Assembly (NCBI GenBank): GCA_964016885.1
Contig: CAXHJY010001713.1
Coordinates: forward strand, 13,647 to 77,646
DNA length: 64,000 nt
Origin: Eledone cirrhosa
Taxonomy: Eukaryota
Direction of reading: 5' to 3'
Both the position numbers and the translations under genes were made by a program. How positions within the stretch are numbered: the first letter of the stretch is position 1; each line of letters starts with the position of its first letter. The notes under the pieces were generated by a model. It was given only the letters and a program-made list of their open reading frames with translations. It made no database searches and had not been told where the DNA came from. Shown in pieces: positions 34,045 through 49,080 of this stretch.

Positions 34045-34320
34045 TATGTACTGAGTTCAAATCCTACCCTTGTCAACTTTCCTCTCCCCACAAAATTGCT
34101 GGCCTTATACTAAAATTAGGAACCATTACTAGCCTGGTCTAAGGGCGGTGGATTAGCTGTATCGGTAGAGCGTCGGATACCATGCTTTGCGGCATAGAGT
34201 TAAGTCCCTTTATTTTCTAAGTTCAATTCCCGCTGAGGTTAGCTTTGCCCTCCATCCTTGCGGGGTCAATAAAATAAAGGACCAGTAATGAACTGGGGTC
34301 GATTTACTCGACTTGCCCCA
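34045..34320 (+). mobile_element. Two SINE family 1 copies: internally deleted 34045-34130 and long-tail 34143-34320
   Basis: B-boxes gagttcaaatcc and aagttcaattccc, core and tail motifs. Confidence 0.85.
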
Positions 34321-35149
34321 CATAGGGCAACGAAACCATTTTTGCGCATACTTCTCCATGTTCATAAAATTCTAATCTGTGGAGTTTTGTCCAACAGCTG
34401 TTATCGTGTGTTGGTCGGATCCGGCTATCGATCAAGTCCATCAGTTTCCTGGTGGTTAGAGCGAAAAAAAGGTTCCTTCTAGTGAACGTCACTAAAAAAA
34501 GCGTAGACAGGCCCATTCCTCTTCAGACAAACATTCATCAAATTTTTCAACTTTCATTTGAAAACTAGATATTAAGGCTTCTACCTGGAAATTTGCTGAA
34601 AAGCGGGTAAAAGCTGCAAAGATGGCTCAAGTGAATGGGGCCTACTCTTAGCATACGACTGTAAACCGGGACACAATAGCTGAGAGAAAGTACTTGCACT
34701 TGTTGTTGAGGATGAATTAGTTTTCAAGGGTTTTTTTTTATTGGCACAGGATAGCTGTCCTCCCTATTGAGGGAGAATTTCATTGTTGTATTTCTTTGTT
34801 GTTATTCGTTGTTTTTTTTTATATTTTATTTTTACACGACTTGCAGTTTTATGCGAATTTCTACTGCATTTCTTGATGCACCTGTATATTCCTCAGGTGT
34901 GTGCAACACTGAGTTATTTGTTGGAGGAGTACCTTTTGTGAGTCTACTGCACCTGTCTTGTTTTGTTGTTCAGTTTAGCTTGTAATTCCTTGTATTATTT
35001 TAGTGATTGTTCTGTTGCATATGACTTGTTTAATGCTAGTTGTAATGTTTTATTGGGTATTCAAATTAAAGAGTATATTTCTGTGAGTTGTGTTGTTTAA
35101 TTTTATTAGGTACTTATTGCATAGGGCGGGCATGTCAAACATCAGAGAA

Positions 35150-35830
35150 CCCTCTGTTTTGACATGCATGGCGTAGGGCGTGTGTTGAGCTATTAAATGG
35201 ATAGTCTGTAGTGTTGTAAACCCTGGTATGGCAACTATATTTTTGTTCATATATGCTGTGGTTATTATTGGCATCGTTTTTACTCCCATACTCCACATCT
35301 TGAAAATTGCAGTTTCTAGATCCTTGTATTTTGACATCTTGTTGGTTGTCCTTGATTTCTTTGTCACATAGAATAGGCTGGCCTATCCCATGTTGTTGTC
35401 ATGTACCGTGTTTGGTACATGTTTATAAAACTTCCTTTCCGTTCTCACGTAGACATTTTGGCATGTTGCCCCCATTGTATAGAGCTGCCAACTTGATCAT
35501 ATATATTTATATTACCATTATTATTACTATTATTAATAGTCTTATTTTATTGTGTGTCATTACTACGTTACCGAGCACAGCTTTGCGCGCATTGGGTACG
35601 TGCAGTATGGTTTTTGGTGATGTTGTTTCTATTGTATTGAGAGTACACTTCGTAATGTGAGAGGTGCCTAGTAGTCCTATTTCTGTATGCCGTATATATT
35701 TGTAAGTATTGGGTTTTTTTGTTTTGTTTTGCTATCTATCAGTCTATTTTAATTATCCCCAGAGCATCTATCATTATGGCAATTTCGTTTTCCCTCTTGA
35801 AGGGTCTTCACTCTATATTATAAGCTATTT
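35150..35830 (-). pseudogene. Fragments of RLE-type LINE 3' ends
   Basis: KMSKYKDLETAIFKMWSMGVKTMPII (RLE C-terminus) and a second fragment near 35630-35790 resembling GALG...LLGTSHI. Confidence 0.6.
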
Positions 35831-36123
35831 TATAGCGTCCCAGCTTATGAGCACACCATTCTATACATCATAATATTTTTGTATATATAAGGGCGGTGCC
35901 CAGCATGGCCTCAGCCGGATGGCTGGAACAGGTAAAAGAATAAAAAAGAATAAATTGTAGACTTTCTTAGTAATCCTGTCAAAGTGAGTAACACAGAATT
36001 TGTAAATCTGTTTCTAATTCCTATTAACAATGTTGTTGATCTTGATAATTTATTATGAAAAAGTTATTGAATTTTCCAATGCAATAGGTGTCAGGTTTGA
36101 TAAATTGTTACATAATTAATGCA

Positions 36124-36174
<51 letters not shown>

Positions 36175-36486
36175 CTCTCTCTCTCTCATTAATTAACCAC
36201 ACCCGCATATGCTGATATAAAACAATCTATTAATTGCCTTGAACGTCTAAAACATTATATTAATGTTAATTATAAAAATATTTGCTCTAAGGTCGATATA
36301 TTCCACCACAGGCAATTGTTAACATTCATTTCAACAATTATTACCACGAATCCCTAATTATATTATCATTCGGTAATAGATGTGTTAAATGGAACATTAA
36401 GTCAGACATTTGTTTGTGGCTTCAAGAATTTCTTTAGAAACATTATACCTATTTTTTCAACCTTTTTTTTATATATATAGTAATAA

Positions 36487-36650
36487 TAATTGTTTCTACT
36501 TTTGGCAACAGGACCAGCAATTACCCAGTGTATTACTGGTACTATATTTTATCGACCCCGTAAGGATGAAAAGCAAAGTTAACATCAGCGGGATTTGAAC
36601 TCAGATCATAAAGGGACGTAACTCTATGCTTCAAAGCATGGTGTCCGCCC
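36487..36650 (-). mobile_element. SINE family 1
   Basis: Core and tail on minus strand. Confidence 0.9.
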
Positions 36651-36660
36651 GTATATATAT

Positions 36661-36884
36661 AGTAATAATAATAAACGTGAAGACTAAAATCCAAAGAAGG
36701 CTCGATAAGGATAAATATATATCAAATATATAAGAACCACAGAGCAAATATTTATTAAAATAACAGATTAAAGTTTAAGCAAAGAATCGCTGCTTTCACC
36801 CTTAATTGATTTTATTTTAGTTTCAGAAGATCCCGTTAAGACTGAAAGCAGCGATTCTTTGCTTAACTTTAATCTGTTATTTTA

Positions 36885-36886
<2 letters not shown>
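36661..36886. mobile_element. HHR element family B, fold-back copy
   Basis: Minus-strand 3' region plus inverted copy containing agttt-CAGAAGA-tcccgttaagact-GAAA-gca...tgc-TT; TA-flanked. Confidence 0.8.
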
Positions 36887-36911
<25 letters not shown>

Positions 36912-36916
<5 letters not shown>

Positions 36917-37066
36917 ACTGTTTCATTCGAAGAAAATCATCATGATTTCCTTCGAATGAAACAGTTCTAGTCTTGTAGAAGCCAATTCTATATTAAATAT
37001 TTATACTCTGCTATGTATTGAGTACCTTACTTACTGTGGTTACCTCCGATAGAACCCGGGATACAC
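36912..37066 (+). mobile_element. HHR element family C, fold-back copy
   Basis: Palindrome tagaactgtttcattcgaag...cttcgaatgaaacagttcta followed by the family C 3' region. Confidence 0.8.
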
Positions 37067-37073
37067 TTATATA

Positions 37074-37109
<36 letters not shown>

Positions 37110-37483
37110 CACTCTATAATCATCGCATAACTGAAACAACTGGAATATATTCAACCCGGAAAATTACTGCATCTCGAAATTAGTTTAGTTGTAATTTACC
37201 ATATATTTTATGGCCGCTATTACAATTGAGTAAATAAGTGGAACCAAAGGCAGATTGTTTCATTTACTTTAAAACCAATCTGAATTTATTTACTCTGTAC
37301 TTTCAAATGAGGTTTATTGCTAATCTTTAATCAGTCTTTATAACTATCTTCAGACAATATATCGGTCAATCCATAATAAGATTAAGCAAATTCATACTAT
37401 GTAAAAAGGATTTCTCTTATTAACACACACACAAACACACAGATATAATATAAATAAATAAATATATATATATATATATATAT

Positions 37484-37624
37484 AAAGTCCCGGGTTCAAT
37501 CGGGAGGAACCACAGTAAGTAAGATACTCAATACATTAGTAGAGTGTAAACATCATGTTTCATATAGAAATGGCTTCTATAAGTCTAGAACTGTTTTATT
37601 CAAAAGAAATCATCATAATTTCTT

Positions 37625-37630
<6 letters not shown>
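37484..37630 (-). mobile_element. HHR element family C, degraded, short terminal fold-back
   Basis: cccgggttcaat...cagtaagtaagatactcaatac...tattcaaaagaaatcatcataatttcttttgaata. Confidence 0.75.
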
Positions 37631-37707
<77 letters not shown>

Positions 37708-37711
37708 GTGT

Positions 37712-37895
37712 AAAAGGTAAACAGAAATAACAACACAATCGGTACAGTATATGGAAGGTATATATTAGGTTAACGCTTGAAATAGCAGGAAGAGGGTCTT
37801 AACGTCGGACGCTAGTCCTTCATCAGAAGAAAAAATGAGAAATAAGATAGATTGAGGGGACGGGCGGGTTGGGTCACGACATCGTTTTAGCGATG
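37712..37895 (-). mobile_element. HHR element family F; HHR at 37798-37829 with GAAA reduced to GA
   Basis: Minus strand ctt-CTGATGA-a-ggac tagc gtcc-GA(--)-cg-TT-aag. Confidence 0.65.
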
Positions 37896-37972
37896 TGTGT
37901 GTGTTTATATATATATATATATATATAGTGACGAAACATAAGTCAATTGCATGAACTCATAATTCTTTATTT

Positions 37973-38028
37973 ACTGCTATATATATTTCGATAATAGTCA
38001 TTGAATGGCTATGACCTCATCGGGCAGT
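37973..38028 (-). ncRNA. Predicted minimal type I HHR (core CCGAUGA) in a TA-flanked island
   Basis: Minus strand actgc-CCGATGA-ggtcatagcca ttcaa tgactattatc-GAAA-tatata-TA-gcagt; perfect 5-bp stem I, palindromic stem III. Confidence 0.6.
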
Positions 38029-39170
38029 TAGTCAGTTCTTAGATATGCCAGCTCTGTGTTTATAGTGTTGATGGTATCAGAGCCTTTATATATATATACA
38101 CGAGCGTCGCTGTGAAAATTTAATCGAATGTGAAAAGCTTTCTGCTATACTCTTCGTAGAGAAACATGTAATTGTAATATTTAGAGACAACAACTAAACA
38201 CCACAAACCATTTTCTTCACCATTTTACTCTTTCTACTAATATTCCAACATCTATAAATGGATAATAGAGAAATGAAATCCACAAGCTTAAGACGAAAGA
38301 AATGAAGGCACCAGTAAAATATCAGATAAAATGTTTGCTTGAGACGATTGACACCTCTCACTCACACTATCTGATATATGTCATTGAAAGGAAACTCTAT
38401 ATTTACATTTTAGTTGCAATAAGAGAGTCTTACTAAAAATTTACAGCCTTTCGTTTAATGTAGTTCGGACACGTATTGTCAAATGGAAAACATCCCCCAA
38501 ACTTGTCCCCCATTTTATACCGGATTATATAGAAAACATTACAAATGAGGGCTGTCAATCGCCTGAAACAAATACCCCTCTCCACGATAAAAAAAAGCCC
38601 CCCCCCCATGCCAAAATAAGACCCCCACCACCACCACCACCACCACAAAAAAAAAGCCCCAAGTAAAACGAAAGTCAGAATATTAACAGAAGCTATTAGA
38701 TGAAGTGCTGATATGAAAGTTCGTCTGATAGATTTAGATACATTTTAGCTGTGTGGAAAGGAAAAGGAATTTCATGTCCAGATTAAAAGTGGGATGGGAT
38801 GAAGGGTTTCCAGAACACAAGCTACTTGTTTGCTGTGAGACTACCAGATAACGTCAACAAACTCATGAAAAATGTAATCATTAGTGACTTGATACTATTG
38901 TAGTTAAAAGAAGATCAGATACGACTGAAACGAATCCTACGAAAATAATGGTTTCTGATTTAAGCACAAGGCCAGCAATTTTGAGGGGAACAGCCAAAGT
39001 ATTTTAACCCGTTCCAGTAACCTTATTTAACACAACACAATTATATTTCTCTGTTGTTTTATTTTGTCCAATATCTACCCATGAAAATGTTTATTAATAG
39101 CTATGTTAAGTTTCTATCAAGGTAAATTTACTTGATGATTAACTAAAATTCTGCATATTTTATTCAGTTC

Positions 39171-39370
39171 TCAATGGTTTGATTTAGGGTCAAAGCCAAT
39201 GATTTTTTGGCGGGAAGTCTGAAAGTCGATTAAAGCGCCCCCGGTGCGTGACTGGTACTTTATTTATACTCCTTATATGGTCGATAAAACAAAGTACCAG
39301 TAATGTATTGGGGTCGATTTAATCGATTCTCCACACCCTGGCCTGGTGCCTAAATCAGAAACACTCATTG
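39171..39370. mobile_element. Two SINE family 1 3' halves fused in inverted orientation
   Basis: Minus-strand tail/core to ~39265, then plus-strand core/tail. Confidence 0.8.
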
Positions 39371-39929
39371 GTTATGTAATGCTCACTATAGTAATGGTGA
39401 CTATTGATTTCTAATATTGATAAAAATTGGTAAATTTTAAGGGTAAATTGTCTATAATCGATATTTTCAGGGTAAATTGTCTATAATCGATACATGGATA
39501 GATATAGTTTATTAAAGTTAAACGAGTATACATCTGTTGATATTTTATGTTATCGACTCCAGAAATAGCAAAAGCAATGTTGGACGTAAGAGGGTCACAT
39601 CTAAAGATGCCATTTCCTCAAGCGTTATACAGTCTATGATATTCTAGTATTTTCCGGAAATATAAATATGGCAATTGTTACGAGAGAAATTATTGACAAA
39701 TTGTCTAAGAATAAAACAACAAAACAAAACAAAAATCGAAAACAAATGTAATGAATCAACTTAAAGAGAAACTAGCTGAATATAAGTAGCAATATGTTTA
39801 TACAAATAGGAGAACTATTTTTTCTTCTATTTGATAGGATCTTAATTTAAGTGGTTTATGTTATTATTGGTAGTTTATTATGTTTGCTTCATCTTACTGA
39901 CTTCGTGCTGTAGAATATAAGTATATTAA

Positions 39930-40148
39930 CCCTTTAGCATTTAAACCTGCCGTATCCGGTCAGAATTCTCTCACTTCTTTCTGTTCAAACCAGCTATAAC
40001 TGACCTCTCATACTAATGTTAAGGTATTGTTCTCAAAATAATTAATATCAAAATCCCAGATTCGATATTATGTGAGATAATTGTGTAAGATAAAGCCTTT
40101 ACCGTGAAAATATAATAGTAAATATAGAGTAATGTAAATGCTAAAGGG
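39930..40148. mobile_element. piggyBac-like MITE
   Basis: TTAA on both sides; TIR ccctttagcattta / taaatgctaaaggg. Confidence 0.9.
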
Positions 40149-40544
40149 TTAAATATTTAATGATATTTCAAAAAGAATCAATAACAACAATCTTATATTT
40201 CAGTTTTCTAAAATCCTAGATTTTACTCCTACCAAAAAGTGCAGGATAAATAATGAAAAGTCATAAAAAGGAAAAAAGGACGAAAAATCATTAGTTTGGA
40301 AGAAATGGTGGAATGGTGGACACAATGCTCTAGAAGCTTACTTGTTGCTACATATAACAAGTGGATTTAATTAAATCCTGTGCATAGTAGCTATTAGACT
40401 AGAGAGTCCTTAAAGAGACTGGCGACGCATACTTTTGCCCTTGTTTCTTAAAATCTTTATATTATTCACGTAAACGTTTAATTTCTAAACGTAAACAGAT
40501 ACCATTTACTCTGCTAATTGTATTTTACGTTATTATAATACTCC

Positions 40545-40735
40545 ATGGTGGATTGGCAGTATCGGCAGAGGGTCGGACACCATGCTTTGTAGCATAGAGT
40601 TACGCCCCTTTACGATCTGTGTACAAATCCCGTCGAGGTTAACTTTGCCTTTCATCCTTACGGGGTCGATAAAATAAAGTACCAGTAATACACTGGGATA
40701 ATTGCTGGCCTTGTGCCAAAAGTAGAAACAACTCT
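40545..40735 (+). mobile_element. SINE family 1, full-length with imperfect TSD
   Basis: Flanks tattataatactccat / tattataacacttcat. Confidence 0.95.
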
Positions 40736-41640
40736 ATTATAACACTTCATCTTATCACTCAGGTGGAAAATAACTAATTATTCTATAATCATCATTATAA
40801 TCATTGATATTTTTGTCATAACTAGCTCAACTTCAATCACAGTTTTAATTATGGTATTTTTAAGAACCAGGACAAACATATCCACACTCAGGTAGTCATA
40901 TACACACATTAATTATTTCCTTTCTCTGTGCTATAATTTAAATAAAGGCGCGCCACCTCCATTTTGTACCCTGCTATATATTCTCGTCTCCCTTAATAAT
41001 TCACTCAGGTTTACAATACACTATAGACCATACATTGTTTTGTCTATATACGTACATCGTATATATATGTACGTTTATATATATATATGTGTGTGCGTGT
41101 ATGTAGAGATATGTCGTATATATATGTATATATGTTTATATATATACATATATAAATATATCGTATATATATGTATGCATGTTTATATATAGATATGTAT
41201 ATAGATATCGTATATATATGTATGTACGTTTATATATATATACATATATGTATATACATATATCGTATATATGTATGTATGTTTATATATATATATACAT
41301 ATAAATATATCGTATATGTATGTATGTTTATATACATATATAGATACATATATATTTATATAATGAGAGAGATATGTGTGTATGTGTGGTTGTGCGCATG
41401 TGTAAAACTATTAAAACGTCTCTAGCTGTTTGACGTAGAAGCGTTTTATCTCTCATGAGTTATATTCTTCAGGGCCATAGTGTCTTTGAATGTGTTATCA
41501 GTATGTCATTTGGGGGCTAGATAGCGTTATCTCCCTTACAGCTCGCTCTTCAACAGCTGGAGTTAATTATACCTTATTAGCAACTGTCGTAAACATGTAC
41601 TTAGGAATTAGAGAGATACACGCGAAGTGACAGTGATAAC

Positions 41641-41680
<40 letters not shown>

Positions 41681-41840
41681 TATAAAAGTTTATATGTGTA
41701 TATATATATATGTATATATATTTATATATATATACACTTTTACATATATAAATATATATATAAAAGTTTATATGTGTGTGTGTGTGTGTATATATATATA
41801 AGTTTATATATATATTTTCGAAATATTTACTTCTGCGTCC

Positions 41841-41919
41841 ACAGATTGATTTTTTTTTAGTTTCAGAAGATCCCGTTAAGGGTGAAAGCAGCCATTCTTT
41901 TGCTTAAACTTTAATCTGT
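41841..41919 (+). ncRNA. Family B hammerhead-like motif (CAGAAGA core), element ~41819-41926
   Basis: acagattga..agttt-CAGAAGA-tccc gttaa gggt-GAAA-gca..tgc-TT-aaact-ttaatctgt. Confidence 0.65.
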
Positions 41920-42000
41920 TATTTTAGTGTGTATATATATATATATATATTGTAAATAGATAATGCCCGAAGGCTGAGCTCACACCGTCGGGCACTTATT

Positions 42001-42183
42001 TGGCTGTATCGGTAGAGGGTCGGACGCCATGCTTTCCAGCATAGAGTTACGTCCCTTTACGATCTGAGTTCAAATCCCGCCGAGGTTGACTTTGCCTTTC
42101 ATCCTTACGGGGTCGATAAAATAAAGTACCAGTAATGCACTGGGTAATTGCTGGCCTTGTGCCTAAAGTAGAAACAATTATTC
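42001..42183 (+). mobile_element. SINE family 1
   Basis: Near-consensus copy. Confidence 0.95.
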
Positions 42184-42217
42184 ACAATACATACATTTTA
42201 CTTTCCCAAGTATATAT

Positions 42218-42280
<63 letters not shown>

Positions 42281-42403
42281 ACGTGAATGTGTTTGGTGTG
42301 TGTGTGTGTGCATGAATGCGTTTGGTGTGTGTGTGTGTGTGTATATATATGTGTGTTTATGTGTGTGTATATATATTTGTGTGTGTGCGTATATATTTGT
42401 GTG

Positions 42404-42436
<33 letters not shown>

Positions 42437-43031
42437 ATTTGTGTGTGTAATGTAAACTCTATTACATGCATATTCACCTAATTATAATGAGTCTCGTTAC
42501 AGAGACAATATATTATTTGAGAATGAAAATGTTGAAATATTGAAACCTCTACGACAAAATCAATAATAATTAACATTGAAATATAATTGAATTTAAAATC
42601 TAATTTCTACTTTCCCTGGTAGTTGATTTGAGAAAAATATATTTAATTAACGTTGTTAGATATAGAACAATTAATGGACTGATTGAATGATTCATTAGGT
42701 AACTGATTGATTTCATTAATTAAATGTACTCTCAGGAATATTTCAACACAGTTTAAAAGAATAACTTTTTTTTTATATTTCTAAAATGATTTATGAAATT
42801 CAACAGTGAAGTTGGATTGATGTTATTTCATAATTTCTTTGAATAAAATGTCTGTTTAGGTTAGGTTAGAAGGCAATTTGTAGTGGAATATTTACCGAAT
42901 GCAAAAGCAATATTAACAGTTTATAAATGAAGAGATGTCAATAGCCAGTAGTAGGAGTTGGCGTGTCTTTCTTTGAAGACCTACTGTCTAGCTCTCTTGA
43001 GAGTTTCTTACCACCCTTGTCTTATTATTAT

Positions 43032-43228
43032 GGTGGTGGATTGGCAGTATCGGTAGAGAGTCGGACACCATGCTTTGCAGCATAAAGTTATGTCCCTTTA
43101 TGATCTGAGTTCAAATCCCGCCTAGGTTAACTTTGCTTTTCATCCTTACGGGGTCGATAAAATAAAGTACCAGTAATACAGTGGAGTAATTGCTGGCCCT
43201 ATGCCAAAAAGTAGAAACAATTATTATT
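43032..43228 (+). mobile_element. SINE family 1, full-length
   Basis: Head, core and tail present. Confidence 0.95.
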
Positions 43229-43451
43229 TTATCCGGTCTTTTGGATTTAATGCCAACATCTTCATTCCCCTCAGCTTCTTCTTTACTTCTATTTATAGTA
43301 TGAAACCGAAACATTAAACAACTTTTTGCATCAATGAAAGCTTAAAGGAGTTGTAATGACAACAACCTATATTAGTTGCTGTTATTGCAGTTTAACTTTA
43401 GATCAGCTCTCGTGGTAATCCTGTTTTCCATTCTGGCATAACCTGTATAGA

Positions 43452-43680
43452 TCTACATAACTAAATACGTTTTTCTATTTACATCACTCTATATTTACTA
43501 TTATATTGTATTTTCATAGTAAACACTTTATTTCACATAATATAAAATCTACGAGATTTTGATATTATTTATTTTGAGAACAATACCTTAACATAAGTAT
43601 GGACAGCTGGTCATGACCAGTTTAAACAGAAAGGGGTGAAATAATTCTGACCAGATATGGCCAGTTTAAATGCTAAAGGG
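43452..43680 (-). mobile_element. Second copy of the piggyBac-like MITE, inverted, one TIR eroded
   Basis: Ends taaatgctaaaggg-TTAA; interior ttttgagaacaataccttaacat matches reverse complement of 40017-40040. Confidence 0.8.
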
Positions 43681-44042
43681 TTAAGATGATAGGGTGTAGT
43701 TCAATGTATGTATCTATCAGTTATTTCTTGCAGTTTGAGCAACCACATAAATGCTTCTTCGTACCTCCTCAGACGCCCGTAAAACTTAGGACCCTATTTC
43801 CGTTTCAGTTTACATAAGCTATAGAAATGTAATGTATATAATTTGCGCAGGCGGTTCAATAACACCCAAGCATACGACCTTCTCGAAGAGAGCGTCTATC
43901 ATATTTATAAACAACCATATACATCACTATGAATACGCCTTGTTGAGTCAAACCAAGCCTAGCGTTGATATCATCCACTACCCGGAATACCATAACTGGA
44001 CTACACCTAAGGGGACTGGATATAACTATTATTTGTTACCCC

Positions 44043-44097
<55 letters not shown>

Positions 44098-44330
44098 ATA
44101 TGCTTGCTAGGATGCGTCCATAGGCGGTATGCAAGTTGAGCACTCTATGTTCCTTCGGAGCAGAGTATGTTAAAATGGAAAACAAAGAATCAATGATGCA
44201 TCGGAACACAATTTATTACGTATTGCATGTGTTTCTCCGCCAAACAGCTCGAAGTGGTGCGATCTGTTTGTGGATCGAACCCGACTCTAGATTCGCAAAT
44301 TCCTCAGGTACGTCTAGTGATTACGAAGCA

Positions 44331-44380
<50 letters not shown>

Positions 44381-44409
44381 AAATATATATATATATATAT
44401 ATATATACG

Positions 44410-44604
44410 TAGGTCCCGGGTTGAGTCGAGGATAACCACAGTAAGTAAGGTACTCAATACATGGCAGAGTAAAATTTTTTTATTTTATAAAAGGAGCTTC
44501 TACAGGACTAGTACTGTTTCATTCAGATGAAATCTTCAGGAGGCATTCTGAAGATTTCATCTGAATGAAACAGTACTAGTCCTGTAGAAGCTCCTTCTAT
44601 AAAA
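44410..44604 (-). mobile_element. HHR element family C with two inverted HHR copies (minus 44496-44544; plus 44548-44591)
   Basis: Minus strand gcctc-CTGAAGA-tttc atct gaat-GAAA-cag tactagtc ctg-TA-gaagc; perfect 49-bp arms with 8-nt loop. Confidence 0.8.
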
Positions 44605-45161
44605 AAAAAAAAATATATATATATATATATATGTGTGTGTATATATGTGTGAAAAAAAAAAGAAATATATATATATCATTATATTTAATTATTGCTTCAG
44701 TTGTCATATCTACAGTCCCAATACTACGTATCTATAAGTAAATATCAATTGATAGTGATTTCTAATAGACATCAATTAAACATATACCACATACAAACTT
44801 GTTCGCCCTAAACGTTATACAAACTTGTTCGCCCTAAACGTAGATCTTCTTACGAGGAGTTTGAATGTACCAACATTTTAATTACCTTGGTGGGAATTGA
44901 AATGATAAAGTAAAGAAATGTAAGTAAATGCCGCAAGATGTCTTCTCTGCCGCTCCCGTCCAATATAATAACATAGCTTTATGTTCATTTTAGATTTATA
45001 TTGGTGTTAAATTGCCTACATAACATACCTATACTCATCTTTAAACACACACACTCATACACACACACATATATATATATATATACGAATACACCGACAT
45101 ATATACACATACATACATGTATATTTATATATATGAATATATACACACGCATACATATATA

Positions 45162-45242
<81 letters not shown>

Positions 45243-45420
45243 GCACACATATACACATACATACATACATGTGTATTTATATATATGAATATATGCACAC
45301 GCATACATATATATATAGATATATATATACATACATGATGCACACATATACATATATAAATATATACACACCCATACATATATGTATATATATATATATA
45401 TATACATACATACATATATG

Positions 45421-45460
<40 letters not shown>

Positions 45461-46324
45461 TATACATACATATACATACATACACACACAAACACACACA
45501 CATATCACACACACACATATATATATATTTAATTATGTCAATTAAATCCATCCATTAACGTCCAATATTGATAAATTATGAAGTCTGATGCCTATGTTAG
45601 AAAATTATTATTTATGAATTAGTATTGCTAAACTATTTAACTGGCATATTTATTACGTTTAAAATATTCAGTTTAAAGTAATAATTGTATATAATTTATC
45701 ACACTTGGGAATATATCTCTGGGTGTTTATATCCTTCTACCCACTAATAAATAGATATTTACCAAAAATCACACTCGTTTATCATTTTGTCCATTTTTCT
45801 TTCTATGACTTTTTTCTCTTTCCTTTTTCTCCAACACACCAACTTACATTCTTTGTTTTTCTCTTTCCTTTTCGTTCGTTCTCTCTCCCAGTCTTTTTCT
45901 GTCTCTCTCTCCCTCTCTTTCAATTATTTATTTATTTAGCTAATTAATTGCCAACATGAATCTATCGCCTTTAAGATTTGATTTACGTTTTAAAGTTAAA
46001 GTAATTCATATATTTTTCTTGTTTGTTGTTTCCTATTTCACTTTCGTTTTGATAATTTTCATATTAATTTAGGTTTTGAATCATAATTAATACATTCGTT
46101 ATTTCCCAGTATCACTTAAAAACTTTCATTTTTGATTATGATTTCCTCTTATTCCTTTGAAAATCTTCATAGCAAATATCTATATTTACGATATTCTAGA
46201 AATTTAACGTCACACATGAAATATTACATATCTTTTCTAACCTGGTATATCATTATCATAAACGGGATATTTGTCCGATGTTACTTCGTTCTACTTTATT
46301 GCTGCTATATAAATATGAAACGAT

Positions 46325-47370
46325 GTATATATACATAAATATACATATATATATATACATATATATATATACATAAATATACATATATATATATATACAT
46401 AAATATACATAAATATACATATATATATATATACATAAATATACATAAATATACATATATATATACATAAATATACATAAATATACATATATATATACAT
46501 AAATATACATAAATATACATATATATATACATAAATATACATAAATATACATATATATATACATATATATATTTACATATATATATATACATAAATATAC
46601 ATATATATATATATACATATATATATATACATAAATATACATATATATATATACATAAATATACATATATATATATACATAAATATACATATATATATAT
46701 ACATAAATATACATATATATATATACATAAATATACATATATATATATATACATAAATATACATATATATATATACATATATATATATACATATATATAT
46801 ATACATATATATATATACATATATATATATACATATATATATATACATAAATATACATATATATATATACATATATATATATACATATATATATATACAT
46901 AAATACATATATATATATACATATATATATATACATAAATATACATATATATATATACATAAATATACATATATATATACATAAATATACATATATATAT
47001 ATACATATATATATATACATATACATATACATATATATATATACACATATACATATACACATATACATATACACATATATACATATACATATACACATAT
47101 ACATATATACATATACATATATACATATATACATATATATACATATATACAAATAGATATATACATATATATATATACATATATATACATATATACATAT
47201 ACATATATACATATACATATATACATATACATATATATACATATATATATATACATATATATATATATACATATATATATATACATATATACATATATAT
47301 ATACATATATATACATATATACACATATATACATATATATATATACATATATACACATACATATATACAC

Positions 47371-47433
<63 letters not shown>

Positions 47434-47690
47434 CATATATATACACATATATATACGTATATATACACATATATATATAGACATATATATATATATACAC
47501 ATATATATATACACATATATATATATATATAGACATATATATATATATACATATACATATACATATATATATACATATATATATATACATATATATATAT
47601 ACATATACATATACATATATATATATACATATATATATGTACATATATATATATACATATATATATGTACATATATATACATATATATAC

Positions 47691-47723
<33 letters not shown>

Positions 47724-47996
47724 CATACATATATATACATATATATACATACATATACATACATATACATACATATATATACATATATATACATATATAT
47801 ACATATATATACATATATATACATACATATATATACATATATATACATATATATACATACATATATATACATATATATACATATATATACATACATATAC
47901 ATACATATATATACATATATATACATATATATACATACATATATATACATATATATACATATATATATATACATATATATACATACATATATATAC

Positions 47997-48029
<33 letters not shown>

Positions 48030-48921
48030 CATACATATATATACATACATATACATATATATACATATATATACATATATATACATATATATACATATAT
48101 ATACATATATATACATATATATACATATATATACATATATATACATATATATACATATATATATATATATACATATATATACATATATACATATATATAC
48201 ATATATATACACATATATACACATATATACATATATATACATATATATACATATATATACATATATATACATATATATACATATATATACATATATATAC
48301 ATATATATACATATATATACATATATATACATATATATACATATATATACACATATATACATATATATACATATATATATATACATATATATACATATAT
48401 ATATATATATACATATATATACATATATATATATATATACATATCTATACATATATATATATATATACATATATATACATATATATATATATATACATAT
48501 CTATACATATATATATATACATATCTATACATATATATATATACATATCTATACATATATATATATACATATCTATACATATATATATATACATATCTAT
48601 ACATATATATATATACATATCTATACATATATATATACATATATATATATACATATATATATATATACATATACATATATATACATATACATATATATAT
48701 ACATATATATATACATATATATATATACATATATATATATATACATATACATATATATATACATATATATATACATATATATATACATATATATATACAT
48801 ATATATATACATATATATACATATATATATACATATATATACATATATATATATACATATATATATATACATATATATACATATATATATATATACATAT
48901 ATACATATATACATACATATA

Positions 48922-48955
<34 letters not shown>

Positions 48956-49080
48956 CATATATATACATACATATACATATATATACATACATATACATAT
49001 ATATATATATACATACATATACATATATATATATATACATACATATATATATAAATACATACATATATATACATATATAT
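46325..49080. repeat. Long (TA)n/TACA compound microsatellite
   Basis: Visible directly. Confidence 0.95.
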
